This document shows positions 1 to 8,782 of a DNA stretch of 64,000 nucleotides, one piece after another (the first letter of the stretch is position 1; each line of letters starts with the position of its first letter). Source of the DNA: an uncultured Oscillospiraceae bacterium (GTDB lineage: Bacteria > Bacillota > Clostridia > Christensenellales > CAG-138). The stretch lies in the NCBI GenBank assembly GCA_964447605.1, contig CAYUTA010000003.1, positions 17,525-81,524 of the forward strand, read 5' to 3'. A program made the position numbers and the translations under genes. The notes under the pieces are model-generated. The model was not told the origin of the DNA, searched no databases, and worked only from the letters and a program-made list of their open reading frames with translations.

Positions 1-382
1 CGCGTCCGGCAACCCGCTGCAGGCCGAGGATTACGGCATCCGTTCGCTGTCTGCCTGCATCATCGGCGGCCTTGGCTTCGGCGGCTGGGGCTCGGTCGCG
101 TGCGCGGTGTTCGGCTCAAGCTTCTTTGTGCTGATTCAAAACACGGTTTACTACTTCTTCACGCTGCTGGTCAAGCTGATTCCGGGTTTCTCGGTCACGT
201 CATACTGGCAGAACTTTGTTTCGGACATCATCATCTTCCTTGGTCTGCTGATGACCATCGTCACCGCCAAGGGGCAGCGCGAGGCGCTCAAGCAGGGCAT
301 TGTGCGCCAGGTCAGGCGCGCGGAGCGATATGATAAGCCTGCCGCAGCTTCCGCGGAGGGAGGTCAGAGCGATGAGAAATAA
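1..382 (+). CDS. ABC sugar-type permease, C-terminal fragment (5' end outside window)
   Basis: Frame 2 is open from the window edge to TAA at 380-382. The hydrophobic tail (IIGGLGFGGWGS...FVLIQN...) is typical of RbsC/AraH-like permeases. The stop overlaps the next permease start (ATGAGAAATAA). Confidence 0.7.
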   Translation, partial: ASGNPLQAEDYGIRSLSACIIGGLGFGGWGSVACAVFGSSFFVLIQNTVYYFFTLLVKLIPGFSVTSYWQNFVSDIIIFLGLLMTIVTAKGQREALKQGIVRQVRRAERYDKPAAASAEGGQSDEK

Positions 383-1364
383 TCGAACGGGGCAGTTGCC
401 GATCGGCCAGGGTATAAAGACGTTTGTTCAGAAAAGTCCGGCGCGTATGGCGTTTATCATCGCGGCGCTGCTGTATTTTGTTACGGTGATCATCGCGCCC
501 GCGTCGCTCAACCAGAGCGCGATCGGCTCGATCATCATGCTTACGCTACTTCTCAGCTTTGCGTCCGCAGGGCAGACCATCGTGCTCATCGGCGGCGGCA
601 TGGACTTTGGCGTCGGCGCGGTCATGTCCTCCGCGGCGATTCTGACCACGACCATCATGAACAGCCAAAACGGCAGGTTTGTCGAGCTGCTGATCGTCGC
701 GCTGGCGATGGGCGCGCTGGTCGGCCTGGTCAACGGCGTATGCTCCGTTAAAATCGGACTGCCGCCGATGATCGTGACAATGGCCATTTCCAATGTGGTC
801 ACGCGCATGCAGTATGTGCTCACGCAGGGCAGCCCGATGGGCTATGCGTCGCCCGCGTTCATCAAATCGGTGACCACGCGCCTGTTCGGCGTGCAATTCT
901 TGCCGTCGATCATTCTGTATGCGCTGATTCTGTTTCCGCTGGTGTTCTTTATCCTCAACCGCTCGCGCTTCGGCAAGCAGGTCTATCTGGTTGGAAACAA
1001 CCCGGTCGCCGCGCGGCTCAACGGTGTCAAGGTGCACCGGGTACAGATTCTGACCTATGTCATCTCGGGTCTGTTCGCGGCGTTTGCCGGCATGCTCGGC
1101 GCAGCCTATATGAACGCGGCGCGCTGCCAGATCTTTGACGAGTACGCATATAACTCGCTGATTGCCGTGATCATCGGCGGCACGACGCTCAACGGCGGCG
1201 TGGGCAGCTATACCGGTAGCATCGCCGGTTCGCTGGTCATGATTGTGCTGAGCAACGCGCTCACCACAATGGGCCTTGCGCAGCCGATGCGCAACATCTT
1301 CATGGGCGCGATCATGATTCTGCTGCTGACGCTGTACAACCGCGAGAAGTCGGTTCGTCAATAG
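372..1364 (+). CDS. ABC sugar-type transporter permease (RbsC/AraH family)
   Basis: ORF 300..1364. I prefer the ATG at 372, which follows GGAGGGAGG (355-363). It is a multi-TM protein with a GGTTLNGGVGSYTGS motif and is translationally coupled to the upstream permease. Confidence 0.8.
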   Translation: MRNNRTGQLPIGQGIKTFVQKSPARMAFIIAALLYFVTVIIAPASLNQSAIGSIIMLTLLLSFASAGQTIVLIGGGMDFGVGAVMSSAAILTTTIMNSQNGRFVELLIVALAMGALVGLVNGVCSVKIGLPPMIVTMAISNVVTRMQYVLTQGSPMGYASPAFIKSVTTRLFGVQFLPSIILYALILFPLVFFILNRSRFGKQVYLVGNNPVAARLNGVKVHRVQILTYVISGLFAAFAGMLGAAYMNAARCQIFDEYAYNSLIAVIIGGTTLNGGVGSYTGSIAGSLVMIVLSNALTTMGLAQPMRNIFMGAIMILLLTLYNREKSVRQ

Positions 1365-1384
1365 CCGCGGCGCCTTGTCTGGCG

Positions 1385-1433
1385 AAAAATGCGGCCGGCC
1401 CGGGGTAAAATGCCTGGTCCGGCCGCATTTTTA
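1385..1433. terminator. Bidirectional intrinsic terminator-like hairpin
   Basis: ATGCGGCCGG (1389-1398) pairs with CCGGCCGCAT (1419-1428). It is flanked by A5 upstream and T5 downstream. Confidence 0.6.
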
Positions 1434-1460
1434 CATGTACATGTAAACGGAGGAATACGG

Positions 1461-2654
1461 ATGCAACGGCATAATGCCAGGCAAAATACCGGCGTTGTAC
1501 GGCAGGTGACCGGCATGCTGGCGGCGGCGGCGGTCGTATACGCGCTTGTCAATACGCTCATCGGCGTGCTGATTAACGAGATTATCGATGCGTTTGCGCT
1601 GGCGGGAACGGCGCAGGGCGTTATGAGCAGCATGCTCAGCCTCGGCATGATGTTTGCGCTGCTGGCAACGCCCGCGCTGCAGGGACGGATTGAAAAGCTG
1701 ACCATGGTGCTGCTGGCCGGGCTGTTGCAGTCCGTGACGCTCATTTTATCCGGCGCTTCGCCGACCTTTGCCGTGTTTGCCGCGACAAGCGTGCTGCTGG
1801 GTCTGGGCTGCGGCTGGCTCGACAGCTATATGAACTCCTGCATGGTGGACGTGCATCCCACGGACAGCCCCAGATTCATGGGGGTGTTGCACGGCATGTT
1901 TGGCATCGGCAGCCTCCTGGCGCCGCTTTTGATCCGCGCGCTGCTGTTTTTTACAACATGGCGCGGCGTTTACTACATTACGGCAGTCCTGATGCTTGCG
2001 GCGACGGCGTGCGTGCTCTGCGTCAACCAACGCGTCAAGCGCGCGGGCGGCGTGGCACATGCGCGCGAATCCAAACTGACGGCGCGGAATGTGCTGGATT
2101 ACCTGCGGAACCGGCGCAACCTGCTGTTGCTCGCGTTCGGCATGTTAACGGCCATGACGCAAAGCGGCGTCACCTGCTGGGTTGTGCGGTATATGACGCT
2201 GAAGTTCGACGCGGAGCTGCTGGGGGCGACCTGTATCACTGCATTCTGGATCTGCGCAACCATAAACCGGTTCTTTACGCCGCGCATCCGCATGCGCCCG
2301 CTGACGCTCTGCATCCTGGGCGCGCTGCTGTCCGCGGCCTGCCTGCTTATGTGCGTGCTCACGCAGAGCGCGCTTGCCGCATGCATAATGGTCGGCGGCG
2401 CCGGGCTGTTCAGCGGACATTTTATGCCCATGCTGCTCATCGAGGGCGCGGAGGGATATCATGGCAGCACAACGCTGACCACGTCCGTGATGATGCTGGT
2501 CATGGGTGCCGCGCGCGTGGCGATTCCGCTGATGATGGCGTTTGCTACGGACGCGATTTCCATTGAGGCGAGCCTGCTGCTGCCCGCCGCCGCCGCGCTG
2601 CTTGGCGCGCTGTGCGGCTTCCTTGCGCTGCGCGCAGCAAAGCGCAAGGCATAA
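1461..2654 (+). CDS. MFS transporter
   Basis: ORF 1389..2654. I prefer the ATG at 1461, 7 nt after GGAGGAA. It has about 12 predicted hydrophobic helices and an MFS-like composition. Confidence 0.7.
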   Translation: MQRHNARQNTGVVRQVTGMLAAAAVVYALVNTLIGVLINEIIDAFALAGTAQGVMSSMLSLGMMFALLATPALQGRIEKLTMVLLAGLLQSVTLILSGASPTFAVFAATSVLLGLGCGWLDSYMNSCMVDVHPTDSPRFMGVLHGMFGIGSLLAPLLIRALLFFTTWRGVYYITAVLMLAATACVLCVNQRVKRAGGVAHARESKLTARNVLDYLRNRRNLLLLAFGMLTAMTQSGVTCWVVRYMTLKFDAELLGATCITAFWICATINRFFTPRIRMRPLTLCILGALLSAACLLMCVLTQSALAACIMVGGAGLFSGHFMPMLLIEGAEGYHGSTTLTTSVMMLVMGAARVAIPLMMAFATDAISIEASLLLPAAAALLGALCGFLALRAAKRKA

Positions 2655-3024
2655 AACGCCCCGATTACCGCCTGCAAAAAAGCGTGAACCGATGATATGC
2701 ATGCCGGGCAGGCGGGCGCGGGCTGCTGAAAGTTGAAAAAGGCGTTCAATGAAATCGCACAGTAAGCGCGGGTTTGTTCCGCGGGCTTGCACGCGGCGTT
2801 TTCACCGCGCCTGTCGCTGACAGATTGTTCGGATCTTCCCGCGTTTCCATCAGGCGCGGGCTGACACAGCAGCCCGCGGCATCCCTTTTGGCACGCTGTG
2901 CCCGCCTGTCCGGCGGACACAAACCGGGGGCAGAGCCAAGGGCCCAAGGGTGCGCGCCAATCGAATACGGGCGCCTGACGCGTACGCGCGGCCGGGTTTT
3001 GAAACGCCGGGTGACGGCGCAGCC

Positions 3025-3645
3025 CTACGGCCGGTTTTGTTTCTTTGTGCGCGCCGCGCGCGCCGCTTCACGGTTCTTTACGGCGGCCTGATCCAGACAT
3101 GCGCCGATCAACAGGCCAAAGCACATGCCGAGCGGTAGGCACAGGGCAAGCTTGTCGAACGAAACGCCGAAAGAGACGCCGACGCTTATGCCGAGACACA
3201 GATAAATGGACAACCAGCTCACGACCGGCCGCTCCTTTTCAAAGCGGTCGCCCTTTTCGCCCGCTTCGGCGGGCGAAAACCCCAGCTTTTCCAGCACGCG
3301 GCGGGAAGCGGCGTTGTCCGGCTCCGCCTCGGCGATGATGAAGTACAATTCGTCGCAGGCGGAGAACGCCCAGTCCATGACGGCGTGGACGGCCTCGGTG
3401 GCATAGCCGCAGTTTTGGCAGTCTCCGTCAATGCCGTAGCCAATTTCGGCTTCCCCTTCGGCGGGCGGGCCTTTGAACCCCAGGCTCCCAACCGGCGCGC
3501 CGGCTTTGGTTTCAATAGTCCAGTTGGTATACCAAAGCCGCTGCGCAGGGCTTGCCCGGCAGCCGTCGCGCATCTGCACATACGCCTGAAGCATGTGCGC
3601 GTCCTGCTCGCCGTCAATCAGGCGGTCAAGCTCCCCGTCGGTCAT
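3025..3645 (-). CDS. GNAT-family N-acetyltransferase fused to a C-terminal two-helix membrane tail (N-terminus probably extends to 3696)
   Basis: It has a RimJ/RimL-like GNAT core (EIGYGI...GYATEAV...RRVLEKLGF). This is followed by VVSWLSIYLCLGISVGVSFGVSF and LALCLPLGMCFGLLIGACL. The upstream in-frame codons read IKQARPIIKTRRLRLRP, which is discussed under findings. Confidence 0.7.
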   Translation of the reverse strand: MTDGELDRLIDGEQDAHMLQAYVQMRDGCRASPAQRLWYTNWTIETKAGAPVGSLGFKGPPAEGEAEIGYGIDGDCQNCGYATEAVHAVMDWAFSACDELYFIIAEAEPDNAASRRVLEKLGFSPAEAGEKGDRFEKERPVVSWLSIYLCLGISVGVSFGVSFDKLALCLPLGMCFGLLIGACLDQAAVKNREAARAARTKKQNRP

Positions 3646-3825
3646 GGGCCGCAGCCGCAGACGTCTGGTTTTGATGATTGGTCGGGCTTGTTTGATGGTT
3701 GCTCCCCTCCAGTCGCTTGTGCCCGGCCGGGAACAGGCAGGCCGGGGTCGCCGCGCTTATTCGTGTAAAGTCGTTTTGCAGCCGCGCAAAATGCGCGTTC
3801 CGCCCTTGCCGTTGCCGGCGCGCCG

Positions 3826-4365
3826 CTAGCGGTTCAGCAGCGTCCAGACCTTGAAGATCAGGGTTTGCGTTTTGCCGTCCGGAATCCTGCCGGCCAGCGC
3901 GTCTTCCACAAGCTGAGCAAGCGGGATGCGCTCCACCTGGAGGAATTCGTCCTCGTCGGTATGCGCGTCAAAAAACGTCAGGCCGCGCGCAAGGTAGAGA
4001 TGGATGACCTCGTCGGAGTATGCGACCGTTGGGAAATACTCGCCCAGATAGGTCCATACCTCCGCGGTTGCGCCGGTTTCCTCCGAAAGCTCGCGCCGCG
4101 CCGCCTCGTCCGGCGTTTCGCCGGGGTCGAGCTTTCCGGCCGGGACCTCGAGCAGCACCCGGGCGAAGGGATAGCGGTACTGCCGCACCATGACGGCCTC
4201 GTTTTGTTCCGTCAGCGGCAGCACGCATACCGCGCCGCTGTGGCGGATGTATTCGCGCGTGGCCTGCCTGCCGTTGGGCAGCTCGATGGTATCGCGGAAC
4301 AGATGCACGACCTTTCCGCAAAACAGCTCTTCGCACGCAAGCCTGCGTTCCAGTAAATTTTCCAT
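3826..4365 (-). CDS. ADP-ribose pyrophosphatase-like Nudix hydrolase
   Basis: It carries the Nudix box GKLDPGETPDEAARRELSEETG and has NudF-like length and layout. Confidence 0.85.
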   Translation of the reverse strand: MENLLERRLACEELFCGKVVHLFRDTIELPNGRQATREYIRHSGAVCVLPLTEQNEAVMVRQYRYPFARVLLEVPAGKLDPGETPDEAARRELSEETGATAEVWTYLGEYFPTVAYSDEVIHLYLARGLTFFDAHTDEDEFLQVERIPLAQLVEDALAGRIPDGKTQTLIFKVWTLLNR

Positions 4366-4501
4366 GTTTACCGCCTCATTTCTTGCAGGGACGTTGAAAG
4401 GACGCCGCCATGGTATACGATCATCCTTTTCGGCTGCCGCGCATGCAGCTGGAAAACGCGCGGCCTCCGGCCTGTTGGGACGCGTCCTGCCCTATGTGGA
4501 C

Positions 4502-4531
4502 ATGATACCATAGCTGAAAGAATATTTCCAA
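4502..4531 (-). promoter_or_regulatory. Putative sigma-A promoter for the Nudix gene
   Basis: The minus strand reads TTGGAA-N18-TGgTATCAT (extended -10), about 135 nt upstream of the ATG. Confidence 0.4.
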
Positions 4532-4539
4532 CCAAGATA

Positions 4540-5180
4540 GCTACGGCGTACAGGGGACACACGCCTGATAGACTTCCGCTTACAGTTAATCCCGCCTGTT
4601 TTCACACGCAGGCTGCCGTTTGCCCTTCGGCCCGAACGGAAAGTCCAGGCTTGTATGGCGGAATGGCGCCAGATTGTGCGGCTTTGAGACTGCGATGCCC
4701 GGCTTTCCTGTTGCGTAACCGGAATATGCGGCGGACGCGCGACCGTCCGCCGGGTCGGGTCATGCTCTGCCCGAAGCATCCGGACTCTTTCCGCCGCCGT
4801 ATGGTTTTTGCTCCCGCCGTTGCGTTTCCCTGCGCCCCAGGGAACAAAGCTTCATGCCGCTATGGTCATGCTGCGCGTCGCCCGGCCCGGCATTGATCCT
4901 ATGGACAATCTGATTATATGCCAGATCAGGAATGCAAAGGGTGACTGGCGGGGTGCAGACGCAAAAAAAGTCGTAGCAGCGGCCGCGCCGAATAAAGCGC
5001 GCCGGAATGGCCGGAGCAGAACATAGATGGAGGCGGAAACAGACCGGAAAAAGCCGCTTTCGGCATTCCGGCCAACGGCGTGCAGGAGCATAAAACCAGC
5101 GGGAATCAGGGATTGCGCACGCGTGGCCGCAGATCCTTTGATAAAAAGCCTGAAAGCGGCGCGCGCCGGGGCTTTTCAAA
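4540..5180 (+). ncRNA. Candidate structured non-coding RNA, unclassified (strand uncertain)
   Basis: There is no protein-like ORF or RBS. A hairpin at 4616-4639 has a CUUCGG loop. A long-range helix pairs 4637-4650 with 4780-4793. A perfect 8-bp hairpin lies at 4730-4751. A GC-rich palindrome with A5/T4 flanks lies at 5144-5176. Confidence 0.25.
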
Positions 5181-5242
5181 GGCGCGTGGTTTTGATAAAC
5201 TGTAGCTGTCCGGTCTGATACAAAAGCATTGGGGGAAGAAAC

Positions 5243-6199
5243 ATGTTTGATATTACGGCCATTGGCGAGCTGCTGGTGGACTTTACCGAAAGCGGCGTTT
5301 CACCCGCGGGGATGCGCTTGTTTGAGCAGAACGCGGGCGGCGCGGTGACGAACCTGCTCGCTGCGGCCGCGCGCTGCGGCGCGCGCACTGCGTTTATCGG
5401 CAAGGTTGGCGACGACATGCACGGGCATTTCCTCAAGGAGGCGATGGAGGGCGCGGGCGTAAACATGGAGCGGCTGATCTTTACCGACGAGGTGTTTACC
5501 ACGCTGGCGTTCGTGGCGCTCAATCCCGGCGGCGAGCGCGCGTTTTCCTTTGCGCGCAAGCCCGGCGCGGACACATGCATTCGGGAGGACGAGCTGCCGC
5601 GCGAGGTGCTTGAAAACACCCGGATTTTGCATACGGGCTCGCTCTCACTGACCGACGAACCCGCGCGCACGGCGACCCGCCGGGCAATCGAAATCGCCCG
5701 TACGGCCGGGGCGGTCGTTACCTATGACCCCAACTACCGCGTGAGCCTGTGGCGCAGCGAGCGGCAGGCGGTCGAGGCAATGCGTTCCCTGATTCCGACG
5801 GCGCAGATGATGAAGCTCTCCGACGAGGAGACGGCGCTGCTGACGGACAGCTCCGACCCGGCGGAGGCCTCCGCCAGGCTGGTCGACGCGGGCGTTTGCG
5901 TAGTGGCGGTCACGCTCGGCGGCGAGGGCGCGTTCATCCGCGTGGGCGAACAAACGGGCATAGCGCCCGGCTTTGCCTGCCGGGTCGTGGACACCACGGG
6001 CGCGGGCGACGCGTTTTTCGGCGGATTTTTATACCGCTTTTTGCGGTTTGACAAGCAGCCGTGCGAGCTGACGTTGGAGGAGGCGTGCGAGTGCGCGCGC
6101 TTTGGCAACGCCGTGGCCTCGCTGTGCGTGGAGCGGCGCGGGGGCATCCCGGCCATGCCGCCGCTTAAAATGGTGGAGGAGCGGCTCGCGCGCGGCTAA
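5243..6199 (+). CDS. PfkB-family carbohydrate kinase (fructokinase-like)
   Basis: It has the N-terminal GG motif (NAGGAVTNLLAA) and PfkB signature 2 (DTTGAGDAFFGGFL). The RBS GGGGGAAG lies upstream. Confidence 0.85.
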   Translation: MFDITAIGELLVDFTESGVSPAGMRLFEQNAGGAVTNLLAAAARCGARTAFIGKVGDDMHGHFLKEAMEGAGVNMERLIFTDEVFTTLAFVALNPGGERAFSFARKPGADTCIREDELPREVLENTRILHTGSLSLTDEPARTATRRAIEIARTAGAVVTYDPNYRVSLWRSERQAVEAMRSLIPTAQMMKLSDEETALLTDSSDPAEASARLVDAGVCVVAVTLGGEGAFIRVGEQTGIAPGFACRVVDTTGAGDAFFGGFLYRFLRFDKQPCELTLEEACECARFGNAVASLCVERRGGIPAMPPLKMVEERLARG

Positions 6200-6240
6200 G
6201 CCGCAAAACCTTGTCCGGACGGGCCATTTATGAGGATCGC

Positions 6241-6951
6241 ATGAGTATTTTGGAACGCATTGGAAACAGGATGTATGCGCCCGGGCCGGGCGTAACGGGC
6301 GCGCCGCCGGAGCGTGGGGTCAGGCGGTTTCTCTTTCTGCTGGCGACGCATTTTTGGAAGCTGCTCGCGCTGAACCTGCTGCTTGTGGCGTTTTCCCTGC
6401 CCATCATCAGCGCGCCCGCGGCGCTCAGCGGCGCAAACCGCGTGCTGATGAAGCTGACGCGCGAGGGCAACTGCTTTTTGTGGCCGGATTTCTGGGGCGA
6501 GTTCCGCCAGAGCTTCTGGAAGAGCGTGCCGCTCGGGCTGCTGTTTGCGCTCATGTTCGCGGCCGGGTTCTGGCTGATCGGCGTAGCCAACGCCAGCGTG
6601 GGGATGGCGCGTGTGATTGCCGGCGGAATCGCCGTATTTGATATCGTTCTTGCGCTGCTGTGGGGCGGTTATGCGTTCATCCTGCTGTCCACGCTCGAGC
6701 AGCCCGTGCCGACGCTGCTGAAAAACGCGCTCGCGTTGCTGGCGCTCGACGCGCGGCATACGCTATACGCGTTGCTGACGCTGAGTTGTATGAACGGGGT
6801 CGTGTTGGCGCTGCTGCCGGGCAGCGTTGTGCTGACGCTGCTGCTGTGGCCGGTGTTGACGCAATTGATGCTGTGTATCAATGTAAACGTGCCGCTGCAA
6901 ACGCATATCATCGGCCCGATGACCGCGGCGGAGGGGGATAAAGCCGCATAA
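6241..6951 (+). CDS. DUF624/YesL-like membrane protein
   Basis: ORF 6211..6951; I prefer the ATG at 6241. The N-terminal pattern (...FWKLLALNLLLVAFSLPIISAPAA) and about 6 TM helices resemble YesL proteins found next to sugar-utilisation genes. Confidence 0.6.
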   Translation: MSILERIGNRMYAPGPGVTGAPPERGVRRFLFLLATHFWKLLALNLLLVAFSLPIISAPAALSGANRVLMKLTREGNCFLWPDFWGEFRQSFWKSVPLGLLFALMFAAGFWLIGVANASVGMARVIAGGIAVFDIVLALLWGGYAFILLSTLEQPVPTLLKNALALLALDARHTLYALLTLSCMNGVVLALLPGSVVLTLLLWPVLTQLMLCINVNVPLQTHIIGPMTAAEGDKAA

Positions 6952-7028
6952 TTACCCGGCGGCGCATAGGCATAGGCATCGAAAACGCGCGAATATGGAA
7001 GGCCGCGCGCCGTCCATTTAAGCCCAAA

Positions 7029-7092
7029 TTGACAGGAAAATTAAAAAAATATATGATTTATGCTTGACAAGCGCAACAAATGATGCTAGATT
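7029..7092 (+). promoter_or_regulatory. Two tandem near-consensus sigma-A promoters
   Basis: P1 is TTGACA (7029-7034)-N17-TATGAT (7052-7057). P2 is TTGACA (7064-7069)-N17-TAGATT (7087-7092). A perfect DnaA box TTATCCACA at 7091-7099 overlaps the P2 -10. Confidence 0.6.
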
Positions 7093-7135
7093 ATCCACAA
7101 TATCATATATTTTGTTGAGAAAGGAGCGGCAAGCA

Positions 7136-7348
7136 ATGACGCGGACGGTCGAAAGAACATATGCAAGCGATACCAGGCCGACTGCATCGGCTATGTCGGC
7201 TTGCGCTTTTGCCGCTGCGCTCTCCATCCTGATTATTCGTGCGCTCAGCCTTTCGCTGAGCGTATTCCTTTTGTCGGCGCTGGTACTTTGCGGCATCCTG
7301 CTCAACCTCGTACTGCTGTGCCGCAGGCCGCGGACGGAACAAAGTTAG
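7136..7348 (+). CDS. Small hydrophobic protein (70 aa), unknown function
   Basis: The ATG at 7136 lies 9 nt after AAAGGAG. It has two hydrophobic helices, its own promoters upstream and a terminator 15 nt downstream. Confidence 0.5.
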   Translation: MTRTVERTYASDTRPTASAMSACAFAAALSILIIRALSLSLSVFLLSALVLCGILLNLVLLCRRPRTEQS

Positions 7349-7362
7349 GTGATTCAGAACTT

Positions 7363-7396
7363 AACGGCGGTTCCGAAAGCGGGGCCGCCGTTTTTA
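7363..7396 (+). terminator. Intrinsic terminator
   Basis: AACGGCGG (7363-7370) pairs with CCGCCGTT (7385-7392) and is followed by a T-run. Confidence 0.7.
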
Positions 7397-7457
7397 TATA
7401 TCGGGGCGCGATACGCACCCCGAGAGGTCAGTTGATGAAATAGGGAGGAAAATAAAA

Positions 7458-8657
7458 ATGAAAAAACTGGTTTGTCTTACAATGGCCGCTCTGATGATGG
7501 CCGCCGTATTTGCAGGCTGCGCGCCTGCCGCCCCGGAGTCCCCCGCTGCGGAAGCGCCTGCGGCTGAAACGGGCGCGGAGCCCGCACAAGCGCCCGCCGG
7601 GGCGATCAAGATTGGCGGAACCGGCCCGCTGACCGGCGGGGCCGCAATCTACGGCACCGCGGCCAAACAGGGCGCGGAGATCGCCGTTGAGGAGATCAAT
7701 GCGCTGGATGGCCTCAAATTCGACCTGAAGTATGAGGACGATACCCATGATGCGGAAAAGGCGGTCAACGCCTACAACGCGCTCAAGGACTGGGGGATGC
7801 AGATCTCGCTTGGTTCGGTGACCTCTACGCCCTGCGTGGCGACCGCGGACCTGACCTATGAAGACCGTATCTTCGCCCTGACGCCGTCCGCCTCCTCCAC
7901 CGCGGTGCTGGAAGGCCGCGACAACATGTTCCAGATGTGCTTTACGGACCCGAACCAGGGATCCGCTTCCGCGCGGTATATCTTCGACAAGCAGCTCGGC
8001 ACCAAGATCGCCGTTATCTGGAAGAACGACGACGTATACTCCAAGGGAATCTATGAGACCTTTGACGCAAAGGCCAAGGAGCTCAACCTCGACGTCGTAT
8101 CCGTAACCACCTTTACCGAGGACAGCCAGAATGACTTCTCCGTGCAGCTCACCGACGCGCAGAACAAGGGCGCGGACCTGATCTTTTTGCCCATGTACTA
8201 CCAGGCGGCTTCGCTGATTCTCGATCAGGCCAACAAGACCGGCTATGCGCCCAAGTTCTTTGGCGTGGACGGCATGGACGGCATCCTGACCCTTGAGGGC
8301 TTCGACACCACGCTGGCGGAGGGCGTCATGCTCCTTACTCCGTTCTCCGCGGACGCTTCCGACGAAAAGACCAAGAGCTTTGTCGCCAAGTATCGTGAGA
8401 AGTACGGTGAAACGCCCAATCAGTTTGCGGCCGACGCATACGATTGCGTATACGCTTACTATCAGGCCTGCACCGCCGCGGATATCACCGCCGACATGAG
8501 CGCCTCCGACACCTGCGACAAGATGATCGAGCAGTTCACCACCATGACCTTCGACGGCCTTACCGGCGGCGGCATGACCTGGGATAAAACCGGCGCGGTT
8601 TCCAAGGCCCCCAAGGGCATGGTCATTACCAACGGCGTTTACGTCGGCATGGATTGA
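7458..8657 (+). CDS. Branched-chain amino-acid ABC transporter substrate-binding lipoprotein (LivJ/K-like)
   Basis: It has a lipoprotein signal (MKKLVCLTMAALMMAAVFAGC), type-I periplasmic-binding-fold composition and the RBS GGGAGGAAA. Confidence 0.85.
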   Translation: MKKLVCLTMAALMMAAVFAGCAPAAPESPAAEAPAAETGAEPAQAPAGAIKIGGTGPLTGGAAIYGTAAKQGAEIAVEEINALDGLKFDLKYEDDTHDAEKAVNAYNALKDWGMQISLGSVTSTPCVATADLTYEDRIFALTPSASSTAVLEGRDNMFQMCFTDPNQGSASARYIFDKQLGTKIAVIWKNDDVYSKGIYETFDAKAKELNLDVVSVTTFTEDSQNDFSVQLTDAQNKGADLIFLPMYYQAASLILDQANKTGYAPKFFGVDGMDGILTLEGFDTTLAEGVMLLTPFSADASDEKTKSFVAKYREKYGETPNQFAADAYDCVYAYYQACTAADITADMSASDTCDKMIEQFTTMTFDGLTGGGMTWDKTGAVSKAPKGMVITNGVYVGMD

Positions 8658-8782
8658 GCCTGTTATCAGACGGCTACCGGCATCCGGCACGGGCGCCCTT
8701 GGGCCCGTGCCGGAAGGCCGGCGCATGATGGGGGGCCGCCATCCTGGACGGCGCCCTGGGTTGTCCAAAAACTTTATTTTTG

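Noticed and set aside
4616-5060. Possible RNase P RNA: a UUCG-type hairpin is followed directly by GGAAAGTCC (P4 5'-strand-like). Downstream there is also TAGATGGAGG...AACAGACCGG, which resembles the conserved UAGAUGA...ACAGAACCCGG region.
   Set aside because: No sequence complementary to AAG(U)CCAGG (expected CCUGGCUU) follows the ACAGA element, so the universally conserved P4 helix cannot form. The GGAAAGTCC segment instead pairs locally with 4780-4793. The region is kept only as an unclassified RNA candidate.
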